Positions 12,255-25,356 of a stretch of DNA of 64,000 nt are shown piece by piece. Source of the stretch: Octopus vulgaris (Eukaryota); contig OX597815.1 of assembly GCA_951406725.2 (NCBI GenBank), positions 44,082,001-44,146,000 of the forward strand, in the 5' to 3' direction. The position numbers and the translations under genes were made by a program. Positions within the stretch are counted from its first letter, which is position 1, and the number at the start of each line of letters is the position of its first letter. The notes under the pieces were generated by a model, which saw nothing but the letters and a program-made list of their open reading frames with translations, did not search any database and was not told the DNA's origin.

Positions 12255-12600
12255 ACGTTCGGTTCTGTATCACTATGTGGCACATTGGGCAAGTGTTTTC
12301 TGCTATAGCCTTGGGCCGACCAAAACCTTTTGATTGGATATGGTAGACGGAAACTGAAAGAAGCCCGTCTTATATATATATATATATATGTACGTCTGTA
12401 TTTGTGTGTCTGTGTTTGTCCCCACCCCTATCGCTTAACAACTGATGTTTTAACAACTGGTGTGTTTACGTCCCCGTAACTTAGCAGTTCGGCAAAATAG
12501 ACCGACACAATAAGTACCTAGGGACGATTTGTTCTACTAAAGGCGGTGCTCCAGCATGGCCTCAGTCAAATGACTGAAATAAATAAAAGAAAGAATAGAA
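12255..12600 (+). mobile_element. SINE family A (5'-truncated)
   Basis: ttgggcaagtg...gacggaaactgaaagaagcccg...gtgctccagcatggcc. Confidence 0.8.
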
Positions 12601-13477
12601 GAATATACACACACACAAACACACATACATGCCTACATACATGCATACATACATATACACGATGGTCTTCCACAGAGTTTCCGTAAACCAAATTCACTCG
12701 CGACGCATTGGTCAGTTCGGTGTTATAGTAGAAGACACTTATTCAAGGTAACGTGTAGTGGGGTTAAGCCATCGGGTTCCTTGCAGTTTGTTTGAAAAAG
12801 TAAAATTTCTATATCCATCATCAACATTCTAAAACCTTTGTAGTCTCTTGTAGAGAATCACAGCATGTCACTTCGTGTCACTTCTTCTCATAGTATGAGA
12901 CCAATGCAGTTGCTAGAGACATTACCGCCGGAATTTTAATTTTAGACACTAAATTTATTAACCAACGGTCGAATGTTCGTGTATTTAATTTTATTTGCGA
13001 CTAGTGTATTTTGTCTTTGTGTATATCTCAACGCGCTTCTTTGTAAGTATTGCCCCGATATTCGTCAGTTTTTGTGGGAATTCTATAGATTAAATACGTG
13101 CTGCTCTATAATGATTTAGTTTGATGTTTTCTTTTCTATTGTGCGTTTCTATTGTAAAGACATAGAGAAGTGGAGCGTCCTGGTCGTACTTATATTAACC
13201 ATTATTACAGTTAGTCATGAGGTATATAACTTTCACTTTAAATCTGCTTTACAAAACACAATTGTTGATCGTATATCTTTCGCGTGCTTGCATGCCTGTG
13301 GTTTGTTGTTGATAACATGACTTTACAATTTTACTGTTTTGGTTAGTACTTTAGAATGATAAAATCTGAGGTGTAACCGCAATAAAATACGAGGAGTACT
13401 TCTCACAAAGTGCCTAAAATTGCATGTTTCTTTTAAAAAAATTGGTGTACCTTAACATTTCATATATAATTTTAACT

Positions 13478-13680
13478 TATACTTGTTTTCAGTCAATGGA
13501 TTGCGGTCATGCTGGAGCACTGCCTTGAAGGTTTTAGTCGAACAAATCACCTCCAGTACTTATCTATTTTAAAGTCTGATAGTTATTCTATCGGTCTTTC
13601 TGCCGAAGTGGTAAGATACGAGGATGCAAACAACCTAATACCAGTTGCTAAGTGTCGGGAGAGACACACATAAACACAAG
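13478..13680 (-). mobile_element. SINE family A, 3' half
   Basis: cttgttttcagtcaatggattgcggtcatgctggagcac. Confidence 0.7.
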
Positions 13681-13690
13681 CACTCAGATT

Positions 13691-13722
<32 letters not shown>

Positions 13723-13872
13723 CACATACACACACACACTCTCGCACGCAAGCACACGCGCGCGCGCACTAATGAGGAATTAGGTACGAATTTTCTGTTT
13801 GTAAAGTTTTTGTAAAATCTTCCGTTTGTTATGCTTTTGTTAACTTTTTAACCATATAAATGTATATATATA

Positions 13873-14030
13873 TGATCGCTAGCCACTACACATTCTTCAT
13901 TTTCTGTGTTCCTTTCTGTAGAAGAGCGTAGGCTCGAAACGTTAAATACTTTTTCACTTTCCGAGCGTTAAACTAATACGTCTGTTTGTTTTCTACACCA
14001 CCTGTCTTCTTTTGTTTTTTACGTGAATTC

Positions 14031-14035
<5 letters not shown>
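13873..14035 (+). mobile_element. Penelope-like element terminal repeat fragment with minimal type-I hammerhead-like motif
   Basis: Homologous to the 3' end (37523-37710) of the GIY-YIG element. Contains ctgtagaa-gagc-gtag-gctc-gaaacgtta and is flanked by (TA)n. Confidence 0.7.
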
Positions 14036-14070
<35 letters not shown>

Positions 14071-14206
14071 CAGATAGATTGATACATACATACATACAAA
14101 CATACATACATACATACATACATACATACATACATACATACATACATACATACATACATACATACATACATACATACATACATACATACATACATACATA
14201 CATACA

Positions 14207-14237
<31 letters not shown>

Positions 14238-14610
14238 GTGTGTGTGTATGTATGTAAGTATGTACGTATATTGAAAGGTGCAATTTTAGTCATACTGTTA
14301 AGTGTAATCAAACTGGTTGAACTACAAGATCTATCTCACCAAAATACTTAAGAACGGACTAAAACTGAAAGTAATCTTATCAATAACAAACCACAACCAC
14401 CACAACCTGCGAACGAGATATTATTAGCAAATTTTGACTGATAAACACGATTGCTAAAGTGAAAGTTGTACACCTTGTTCATGCTGCTACTACACACTCG
14501 AACTAGCTCACCCATTGCACTTACGACGAGAAGCAATTACGATACTACAAAGAAAATATTATTGGACATTATTTACTCTATAGAATTCTTACAAAATCCA
14601 TGATAGAATA

Positions 14611-15889
14611 TCAGATCATCCTATAAGTTCTGTCAGAATTTTTAATAAAGAAAACAGGTGATCAAATGTTATATTTAATTGAAATTTAATCATCAATGTA
14701 CTTTCCCTGATTATCTATGACTTCCTTCCATCTATTTACAAGCTTTTTAATCCCATCAGTGCAAAACTCTTTTGGTTTCAAAGTGAAGAACTCTGAAATG
14801 TGACCTCCTCCTGACTTGCGAAAATTATGTCCCTCAAATGATTCTGTAAACTACGAAACAAGCGGTAGTCTGAAGGAGCAAGGTCGGGAGAATAAGGTGG
14901 ATGAGGATTTTTTTCCCAACCAAGCTCTTCGATCTTCTGTAATGTGATCTTTGCTGTGTTGGGTCGCGCATTGCCCTGATGAAACATCACTCCTTTTCGA
15001 TTCACAAAAGCGAGTCTTTTTTTCTTCAAACCTTGGTCCAAACACTCTAATTGCTGGACTTGAGCATTGATTGTTGATTGTTGCATTAGGCGGTAACAAT
15101 TCAAAGTGAATTATTCCTTTGCAATCCCGCCAGATAGAGAGAATCTTTTTCCCATGAAGTTCCCTTCTTGGTTGTGGTTGAGCTTTTTCCCTTTTACCAA
15201 GCCACTATTTGCGACGTTTAAGATTTCGATAGAAGATCCATTTTTCGTCACCAGTCACAAATCTATCCAAAAAGGGTGAAATGAGTTCGCGAGAATGGAG
15301 AGAAGATCAGATGTCAACTCGGGATTCACGGTTGCTTTCCGACAATTCATGAGGCTCCCATTTTCCAAGTTTAGGAAACTTTTCAAGTTGTTGAAGATGA
15401 CGATGAACAGTTGTATGGTTTAAACTAAGCTTTATTGCCAATTCTTCAACTGATAATGCAGGTTTTTCTTCAATTAATGCCTCAAGGAGCTTGTCATCAA
15501 ACTCAACTGGACGTCCTGTTCTATCTTCATCTTCAAGGCTGAAATCTCTACTTCTGATTTTTGCAAACCATCTTCTGCAAGTTCTTCCATTCACACATTC
15601 TTTCCCATAAACTGAGTGTATGTTTCGAGTCGCTTCGACTGCAGAGTTTCCTTTTTTGTACTCATAAAGCATTATGTGCCTCAAATGCTCTTTGGATGCT
15701 TCCATATTAGAAAGGGTTTTAATCAAAGACATTTTAATTCTATTATTCAGTAAAATAACATTCAATTAGTTTAAATGCACACAAATACATAAAAATAATT
15801 TACGATTCCATTAGACATTCTAAAATACTATTAAATTTCATTCAGTTTTAAAAAAGGTGAAATCGGACAGAACTTATGGGATGACCTGA
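14611..15889 (-). mobile_element. Full-length mariner DNA transposon (defective)
   Basis: TIRs tcagatcatcctataagttctgtc / gacagaacttatgggatgacctga, TA on both sides, 1279 bp. Confidence 0.95.
14686..15705 (-). pseudogene. Mariner transposase pseudogene
   Basis: MEASKEHLRHIMLYEY..., WEPHEL (WVPHEL motif), HQGNARP, HPPYSPDLAPSD, ending GKYIDD*. Split over several frames. Confidence 0.9.
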
Positions 15890-16699
15890 TAGTTTCAGCT
15901 TTCCTCCTAACCGAGATCAAAAACCAGTCAGATAAGAAACAGTGGATCTAGCTGCAGACTCCATCATCATCACCTCTAAAACAAGAATTGTGACTCATAA
16001 TTTTTTAAGTTCTGTATATTTTAGTTTATTCCTTCCATGTAGCCACTCCACATAACCCTTGATATACCCACTAGAAGCATTACACTTTCTTTGGAAACGC
16101 GTGCCGCACATTATTCTCTAACTCTTTCATATTTTAACAGTCTCCTTTCATGAGCTACCCGCACCATATGCGGTGTCTACTAATGAAGGGGGCGATAATT
16201 ACGCCGAATACCGTGACTTGTAGTCCATTTTGACCCTTGTAGCAAGTGTGCTATTAGCATATTTCGTCTCTCAGAAAAAAGTTTTCTTCAATACGACAGT
16301 CTACAGCGAAGTGCCATATTCACGTTCGAGTAAGCAGGAACGTGATAGGAATGACTATACACATCAATGTACGCGTGCGCACATCCTTGTTTTTTTTGTG
16401 TTGTGTGTGTGTGTATGTGTGCGTGTGTGTGCGTGTGTGTGCGTGTGCGTGTGTGCGTGTGTGAGTGTGTATGTGTTCATATATATGCATAACTATAACG
16501 ACAAATATCACAGCACATTCCCCCTACATCATCCTCTGCATACACCTTGCTTAAATTAAGAACGGGAAGCGACCACTTTGTAAAAGAGATACCTGCCTTA
16601 AACTTTATCTATTTGCTTCATCGAATTCCCATGTGACTTTACTTATTTCATATAAGTTTTAAAAAGAATTTTATGTTCCCCTTAAACCATAGTTTACTC

Positions 16700-17850
16700 T
16701 GTGTCTGGACACTTTACATATAAAAGCTTATCATTATGTCATCATTTTCGGAATCCTCTGATCATTTATCCAAGCAAGACAGCCTGTCTAATTGAAACAA
16801 AACGTTATTTGCGCATCATTAACTTGAAACTCATGGCAACAGCTCCCTTCAAAATCCGTGTCTGGAGTTCGGTGAACGCAGTTGAAATACAGAACAATTC
16901 TTAAGCAATATCTGATAAAAGTACTCAAGAACCTTTACATATTACTTGTAAAAGAGCAATAACTCAAGTGAACGAAGGAAAGAAATCTATAAACAAATAC
17001 TGATTTTTATCTACTGTTGTCTATTTCGTGATGTCGTCTGATGCCTTGCAGATATTTTTGTGTTGAAGGAGCAAGAACGGCTGAATTTGCTACTGAACTA
17101 AACAAACTTCAACTAAGCTTCACATTTGTATTTCCTGGGGCAAACTGGAAGTTCTTGCCCAAGCTGATGTAGAAATATGGTCCATTAGAATTTTTACATC
17201 TTCAGTAGAATGTGCAATTAAGTCGCAGTCATCCACGTAAAGAAGATCATGAATAATGGATTGATAGTCGTTTGTATTTGCTAGCAAAACACCGCAAATT
17301 GAAGCGACTACCAGAAGACCATGCCTTACATACATCCCAGAAGAGCGTTCGTCAGCAAAAACAGATGCATGAACAAAATTCAAAAGCAAGTAGCTTATGC
17401 TAAGAACATCACTACGTTTAACATCATTGTCTACAGGAACGGATCTTGCCATACTGCCACTGACAATGAGCCATATATATTTCCATTTCATCGAGAAGTA
17501 ATGTGAACAACGAAGATTGCAGAATGTTCTCTTTGGGGATGCTCTATTCACAGAACCGAAAGCTTTTGTAAAGTCAATGAAAACCTACACAAAATTATGC
17601 TTTGCACTCTCTTCCGTCTATCGTACAATGAAAATCATATCTATTGTTCCTCTGCCAGAACAGAAACCACAACTTATGAAGTGGACAAGATAACCTTGAT
17701 CTGGAAAATTTATGACCGTATGTCTTGCTAAGGCTAGGATCGCTAGTCACCAACGAAGTCATCAAATCAAACAAGAATCTGACTACAGTCAGTATGTTCG
17801 AGACAAAAACTTTCGTAACATGTAATAATACTTGTGGGAAGGTTTTCAAG
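16700..17850 (-). mobile_element. RTE-clade LINE reverse transcriptase relic
   Basis: Minus-strand fragments FIDFTKAFGSVNR and LLYVDDCDLIAHSTED match RTE RT motifs. Many disruptions. Confidence 0.7.
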
Positions 17851-18586
17851 TCTATTTGGTGGTTTAAAAAGGCACATTGCTAATATAACGGAATGCGTAC
17901 TTCTGCAAACTGTTGTGCACATAAGCTGCTTTGTCTGGAAAGGTTGCCAACATAGTTAGAAAAAGAAAAGATGAAGAAGTAGAAGGAGGAAGATGGGGTG
18001 ATAGTGGAAGAGAATGTGGACGAGGAGGACAAGGGAGTAGAGGAAGACGCCTGCCGAAATTAACAAAAACAAAATCAAAAATACAACAAAGAAAAGAAAA
18101 TTTTCTCAGTTCCAAGAGAACATAGACACATGGTAAAAAGAGAATGAGTAGCAGCGTCTGTTAAATTAGACTTTAATGCAACGACCAGTTAATTTTGTTT
18201 TGATAAGAAAAATGAGACTTGTCGCGCTTCGCTATCAGAAATGCTCACTTCTTCAAACTCGTCCAAAAAAGACATTATAGACGATAGTGGGTACTAAAGG
18301 TTCGAGTTGCATGGAGATAGCATGAAAACGAGAGTAATACAAGACACACAAACAAATAAAACAAACAAACAAACAAACAAACAGAAAAACAAACAAATAA
18401 GTAAATAGGGCTGGCATGGATTCGTTGCAAACACTAGTTTTCTCGGGTATTTTTAATTTAAATTTTTGTTGTTGCTGTTATTTATGATGTGTAGCACGGT
18501 TATTTAAAATGCATAATGGTTTTGTGTATGACATAACACATTTGCACAAACTTATGCTTATGACACAACAGTATTATACACACAAA

Positions 18587-18818
18587 GGCGGCGAGCTGGC
18601 AGAATCGTTAGCACGTCGGGCGAAATGCCGAACGGTATTTCGTCTGCCGTTACGTTGTGAGTTCAATTTTCGCCGAGGTCGACTTTGCCTTTCATCCTTT
18701 CGGGGTCGATTAATTAAGTACCAGTTACGCACTGGAGTCGATATAATCGACTTAATCCGTCTGTCTGTCCTTGTTTGTCCCCCTCTGTGTTTAGCCCCTT
18801 GTGGGAAGTAAAGAAATA
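18587..18818 (+). mobile_element. SINE family B with TSD
   Basis: Full copy flanked by agtattatacacaca on both sides. Confidence 0.9.
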
Positions 18819-18837
18819 AGTATTATACACACACACA

Positions 18838-18890
<53 letters not shown>

Positions 18891-19051
18891 ATATATGTAC
18901 ATACATACATACATACATACATATACACGCATATATGTGTACAGGACACCAAAAGGACGTCGAACACATAGAGAGACGAAAAACATAGACACAAACCAAG
19001 GAACAAGACAAGCAAAAAAAAGGAGATACAGGACAATAAGCACAACGAAAA

Positions 19052-19117
19052 ATCCCCTTCTTCAGTCGCTAAAGTTTCATCTACTAAACGTTTCGAAGGA
19101 TAAAAGCGAGACGTATA
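19052..19117 (-). ncRNA. Putative rearranged hammerhead ribozyme, copy 1
   Basis: Minus strand UAUACGUC|UCGCU-uuu-AUCCUUC-GAAACGUUUA-14nt-AGCGA-CUGAAGA-AGGGGAU. GUC triplet, stem I UCGCU/AGCGA, stem III UAUACGU/ACGUUUA (one U-U), stem II AGGGGAU/AUCCUUC. Confidence 0.65.
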
Positions 19118-19888
19118 CTTCGAATGAAAAATTCCTTCCTGCGAAAAGCAAATCAATTAAAATTCTGAGATCTTGTCGCAGAGGGGTAAAAAAAAAGCAA
19201 GACGGTAACGACAGTACAAACATATAAACAGTAAAAAAAATATATATAAACAGTGGAAAAATAAATATATAACAGTGAGAGACAGGACAAGGAGAACAAG
19301 ATAAGAAGGGCTGTTAACGCCAGACGAAAAAAGTATTGCAAACGCTGGATTATAGTGGACGACGAGAGAGGAAGATGTCGACCAGTGGCCTTAGAAGGCA
19401 GGCGAGAAAGGACGGGATAGCAGTTACGACGGAAGTACGTCGCAGATGGACGACGGGAATGGGGGAGGAGGAGCAAGAGGAAGAGAGAGAAGAAGGGGAA
19501 TGGTGCGAGGAGACCATGAAGAACAGTGAGGGGGGAGAGAGAGAGGAAGAGACAAGTTAAGTGAGGGAAAAAAAGACGAAAAAGGGAATGGGAGAGAAAG
19601 AAAGAAAGATGCAGAGTCGCGTGAGAGTTAATATCAAGGCGAACTTGATAAACAGAACAATCTTACTTAATAGGGTGCGTGCGTTTAGTCGTATAATATG
19701 TTAATAAAATATAAGCATATATATAAACATATATGTACGTACCTACCTCTACATGTACATATACACGCATATATGTGTACAGGACACCAAAAGGACGTCG
19801 AACACATAGAGAGACGAAAAACATAGACACAAACCAAGGAACAAGACAAGCAAAAAAAGGAGATACAGGACAATAAGCACAACGAAAA

Positions 19889-19954
19889 ATCCCCTTCTTC
19901 AGTCGCTAAAGTTTCATCTACTAAACGTTTCGAAGGATAAAAGCGAGACGTATA
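19889..19954 (-). ncRNA. Putative rearranged hammerhead ribozyme, copy 2
   Basis: Identical to 19052-19117. Confidence 0.65.
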
Positions 19955-20156
19955 CTTCGAATGAAAAATTCCTTCCTGCAAAAAGCAAATCAATTAAAAT
20001 TCTGAGATCTTGTCGCAGAGGGGTAAAAAAAAGCAAGACGGTAACGACAGTACAAACATATAAACAGTAAAAAATATATATATAAACAGTGGAAAAATAA
20101 ATATATAACAGTGAGAGACAGGACAAGGAGAACAAGATAAGAAGGGCTGTTATACA

Positions 20157-20191
<35 letters not shown>

Positions 20192-20477
20192 GTGCGAGAG
20201 TGTATGTGTTTGTGTGTAAAATGTATTTGTGTATATTTGTATATGTTTATATATTTAGGCATATGTTTGTATTAGCGTGGTTGCGTGTTTATTTTATGAG
20301 TATAATACATTTGGATAAATGTACACATTCAAATGCCATGTGTAATATGTGTACATATACATACACGCATAAAATTAGTGTGCATGCTTGCACATTTATG
20401 TGTGTGCGTGTATGTGCGTGTGTACACACACACACACATGCACATATATATATATATATGTATATATATCATATATA

Positions 20478-20691
20478 GGCGCAGGTGTGGCTTCCCAGCC
20501 ACATGGTTCCGAGTTCCCAACCACATGGTCCCGGGTTCCACACCACATGGTTCCGAGTTGCTTCCCAACCACATGTTTCCGGGTTCAGTCCAACTGCGTG
20601 GCACCTTGGGAAAATGTCTTATACTATAGCCTCTGGCTGAACAAAGCCTTGTGAATGGATTTGATAGACGGAAACTGAAAGAAGCTCGTCG

Positions 20692-20783
<92 letters not shown>

Positions 20784-21020
20784 CATGTGTTTGTATTTGT
20801 GTATCTGTGTTTGTGCGTGCGTGTATGTGTTTGTATTTGTGTATCTGTGTTTGTCCGATGCTGGTGTGTTTATGTCCCCGTATCCTACCGGTTCAGCAAA
20901 AAATCCGATAAAATAAGTACTAGGCTTACAAAGAAGAAGTCCTGGGGTCGATTTGTTCGACTAAAGGCGGTGCTCCAGTATGGCTACAGTGAAATGACTG
21001 AAACAAGTAAAAGAATAAAA
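20478..21020 (+). mobile_element. SINE family A with internally reiterated head
   Basis: ggcgcaggtgtggc start; ccacatggttccg(a/g)gtt-like unit repeated about 4 times; normal body and tail. Confidence 0.85.
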
Positions 21021-21861
21021 GAAGATATATATCAACAGGTTTCAAAATATTCTCCACCATTAATATAAACCGGTTAACAACGGAGGTGAATTGAGCTTCT
21101 GAATATAGTGTGTGTGTGTGTGTGTGTAAACATATATGGATATTTGTATATGTTTTTTTAAATATTTTTATGCGCTACATAAACATATGTATATGTACAC
21201 ATTCATATAGACATCTATCCATCCATCCATATATATACACACATCCATACATACATACATACATACATACATACATACATACATACATACATACATACAT
21301 ACATACATACATACATACATACATACATGCATACATAGAAAACTGTTCACCATATCAGTTTGGGCGTGGAATATCAATGTCATTTCCGTTTAAAGGATTG
21401 GCGTACTAGATTTCTTAAGGTCTGTACGTGCTAAAGAGGTAGAAACAGCCAAAGACTAAAAATAAAACAGTAAAGAATATAAAAGAAACGTATAGAAGAA
21501 TCTTGACGTAAAGTGGTTCATGATAGTAACAAAAACTTATTGTTTGAGTTAAGGAAACACGTTCTTGAAAGCACAAGAATGGAATTAAACGAGAGAAATA
21601 AAGTTTCGAATATACGAAGGAACTATATCATAAAGTAAGAATAGAAAGATTAATTAGAAAGTGGAAGTAATGTGATGAATACTATATTTAAAGAAAGAAA
21701 AATATTAACTGTTGAATAGCGATATTCAAGAGAAAGTATAACGAAATTAAATGAAATTGTTTTCTTATAGATGCGTGGATATAGATCGCATTGCAATCAA
21801 GTGGTCTCGCTTTGAGTTGCACTGAGTGACATATTCGATAAGTGTCTAAATCATGCCAGTC

Positions 21862-21898
<37 letters not shown>

Positions 21899-22030
21899 TG
21901 TGTGTGTGTGCTTATATATATATATGCATGCATTGTGACGGTGTGTTGCTTAGTGATAGGGTGTTACATTTACGATCACAAGTTAGAATTAAAGAATTAC
22001 GAATATACGAATGTTACTCAGAAGATGAGG

Positions 22031-22067
<37 letters not shown>

Positions 22068-22280
22068 GATTTCAAATTTTGGTTCAAGGTCAACAATTTC
22101 AGGGATGGGGTACATAGATTACATTCACCCCAGTGCTCCTCTGGTCCTTATTTTATTGGCCGCGAAAGGATGAAAGGCAAAGTCGACCTCGGCAGAATTT
22201 GAACTCAGAACATAAAGACAGACGAAATCCCGCTAAGCATTTCGCCCGGTGTACTAACGATCCTGCCACCTCGCCGCCTT
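22068..22280 (-). mobile_element. SINE family B
   Basis: Family B consensus on the minus strand. Confidence 0.8.
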
Positions 22281-23136
22281 CATCCATACATATATACATA
22301 TATATATATATATTTATATATACATATATATGTGGATTGAATTCAACAGGGTCCATACAAAATAGCAGTAATATGCTGCAGTATAATTCAGTCGATGTTA
22401 TTCAATCACCTGTACATCAACTATCGATAAATTTTCAGTCGCATATATTCATCAATCTGCGTAGCAATCTCCCTTAATTGGGGAGGGGGGGGGTAAAAAT
22501 GACATGTCTATTTTCCCTCATCTTCTGACTAACTTATTCGTATATTCGTAATTCTTTAATTCTAACTTACATTAGTTATTCAACTGCAACCATGCTGATT
22601 CATGCTGATTCATGTTGAAGAGAATAGTCAAACAAATAAACCTCAGTACTCATTTAATAAATCTGGTACTAATTCTATCGGTATCTTGTGGAACCGCTAG
22701 GCTACATGGTCGTAAACAAATCACCAACGAATGTGAAACCTTGGTGGCAACAAACAGAAGACAAGCACACACAGCGTACATCTATACATACGTACATGAA
22801 CATCCATACATCAATCCATACATCCTGCATGGCCAGTTGAGAGCTGAACAATTTCTTGCATGGATGATTTGTTTATAGCGATGAAACGTTTTCGCTGTAC
22901 ATTAGTTCACTGCCTTCATCACACCAGCTCTGCCTGTACAGATCCACTGTGTGTCATAAATCAGGTGTCCAAATGATTACAGAGCAATATGAACTGGAAT
23001 GATGTGATTAAGAGTACAACGTACAGCTTGGCCCAGGAATGGAAACCACGATCTTTTGATCGCAAATGTAACACCCTATCACGACGCAACACGCCTTCAC
23101 ACATAAATGCTTATATATATATATATATATATATAT

Positions 23137-23440
23137 ATCACCGTGACCGACCAGGCTATCAGATGTTGCTACACATCGCTAGTCACAAAGCGCTTCGCAT
23201 TGTTTTAGCCTTCAAATGACGCCACCCCGCTGGCTAAGCGAGCAGGCCAACAGAAGAAAGAGTGAGAGAAAGTTGTGGCGAAAGAGTACAGCAGGGATCG
23301 CCACCACCCTCTGCTGAGCCTCGTGGAGCTTTTAGGTGTTTTCGCTCAATAAACACTCACAACGCCCGGTCTGGGAATCGAAACCGCGATCCTATGACTG
23401 CGAGTCCGCTGCCCTAACCACTGGGCCATTGCGCCTCCAC
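23137..23440 (-). mobile_element. SINE family C, tail variant 2 (RTE-like 3' end)
   Basis: Same head as 2815; the tail matches the 3' end of the RTE relic at about 61022-61056. Confidence 0.85.
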
Positions 23441-23447
23441 ACACACA

Positions 23448-23525
<78 letters not shown>

Positions 23526-24121
23526 ACTCCGTTATGTTTGTATTATATATATATATATATATAATATATATTATATATAGAGAGAGATATATAACTCCGT
23601 TATGTTTGTATTATATATATATATAATACAAACATAATGGAGCTGAATGACGTAAAGCATACAACCTGGTTTCCTATCGTTTCAGCGAAAGAACAACTCA
23701 GATAATGACTCAGAAATTAGATAGGAAAAATGAGTGTTTCTAATAATAACACAAGGTCACGAATTTCGAGGAAGAGCTGGTGTTTTAATTTTATAAACCG
23801 TCATATTTCGCTTGGGCTAATGTTATCGACCGAACCGGAAGTATGAGGTAGTTTCGTACCCGGTGCCACTGGGATTCTAAACGTAACAGGACTTAAATAA
23901 ATATCGAAAACCAGGATAACAGCTTTACTATGCAATCATAATAACTACGACAACAATATATTTGCCTAAAGCGCAGACATGGCTTCTGTTGATAAGAAGC
24001 TCGCTTTGCGACTACGACATTCCGGGTTCAGTTCCACTGCACGGCACTTGCTCAATATCATCTACTACAGCGCTGCATTGACCAATGCCTTACGAATGCA
24101 TTTGTTAAACAGAAGCCTTTG

Positions 24122-24152
<31 letters not shown>

Positions 24153-24214
24153 TGTATGTATGTATGTATGTATGTATGTATGTATGTATGTATGTATGTA
24201 TGTGTGTGTATGTA

Positions 24215-24247
<33 letters not shown>

Positions 24248-24424
24248 ATGTATGTGTGTGTATGTGTGTGTGTGTATGTATGTATGTATGTATGTATGTA
24301 TGTATGTATGTATGTATGTATGGTTGTATGTATGTATGTATGTATGTATGTATGTATGTATGTATGTATTATGTATGTATGTATGTATGTATGTATGTAT
24401 GTATGTATGTATGTATGTATGTAT

Positions 24425-24634
24425 GTGTTTCTGAAAAGTTAGCTTTAAGAGTATCACGAATGGCTTGATTGGAGGCCCACCCTTCTGAGCTCTTTTACAG
24501 AGATTAGTAAAATTGAAGGACCGCTGCAATAAGTGTGTGAATTTGAGAAGGAATTATGTTAAATAAAATCACAATTAACTGATCCTCCTGTATTTTCTTT
24601 TACTCAAAGCCAGGAACTTTTCACCATCCTCTCG
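24425..24634 (+). mobile_element. Mariner-derived MITE, copy 1
   Basis: Ends ctgaaaagtt..gcttta / aaagccaggaacttttcaccatcctctcg-TA. Homologous to 24959-25175. Confidence 0.7.
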
Positions 24635-24958
24635 TATGTATGTATTTATGTATGTACGTACGTACGTATGTATGTATGTATGTATGTATGTATGTATGTG
24701 TGTATGTATGTATGTATGTATGTATGTATGTATGTATGTATGCATGTATGTATGTATGTATGTATGTGTGTGTATGTATGTATCTATGTATGTATGTGTT
24801 TGTGTATGTATGTATGTATGTATGTGTGTGTGTATGTATGTATGTATGTATGTGTGTGTATGTATGTATGTATGTATGTATGTATGTATGTATGTATGTA
24901 TGTATGTCCTTAAAGCCAGGAACTTTTCAACAACCTCTCGTTTGTATGTATGTATGTA

Positions 24959-25175
24959 CAAGAGGGTGCTTAAAATCTCTTGGCTTTAAGGATATCGCGA
25001 AAGGCCTAGTTGGGGGCCCAAACTTCTGCGGTCTTTTACAGGGTTTAGAAAAACTGAAGAAAAACTGCAATAAGTGTGTGAATCTGAGACGGAAATATGT
25101 TAAATAAAATCATTATTAACTGGTCCTCCTGTATTTTCTTTTTACCCAAATCCAGAAACTTTTCGGTAGCCCTAG
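24959..25175 (+). mobile_element. Mariner-derived MITE, copy 2
   Basis: TA-caagagggtgcttaaaatctcttggcttta at the left end. Retains a transposase C-terminus-like GLEKLKKNCNKCVNLRRKYVK*. Confidence 0.7.
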
Positions 25176-25356
25176 GTTTAATTAATGAATTATTTAATGA
25201 ATACATTAGATTAAGTGATAAACACTTACAGCATGCAAATTAGTAGATCCAGTTCACTGAAGTTACCGTATTTGATGTGCATATAAGCAAAATTGCTGCC
25301 CGTTTCTCTAGGATTGGTCAAGTAATGGAGACATCCTCGATGAGATCCTACTAGTT

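Larger units (their letters stand above)
18881..20152 (-). mobile_element. Non-coding PLE/retrozyme-like element: about 1.5 tandem copies of an 837-bp unit
   Basis: Near-identical direct repeats 18918-19316 and 19756-20152, each with a hammerhead-like motif. Flanked by (TA)n and (TACA)n. No real ORF. Confidence 0.75.
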
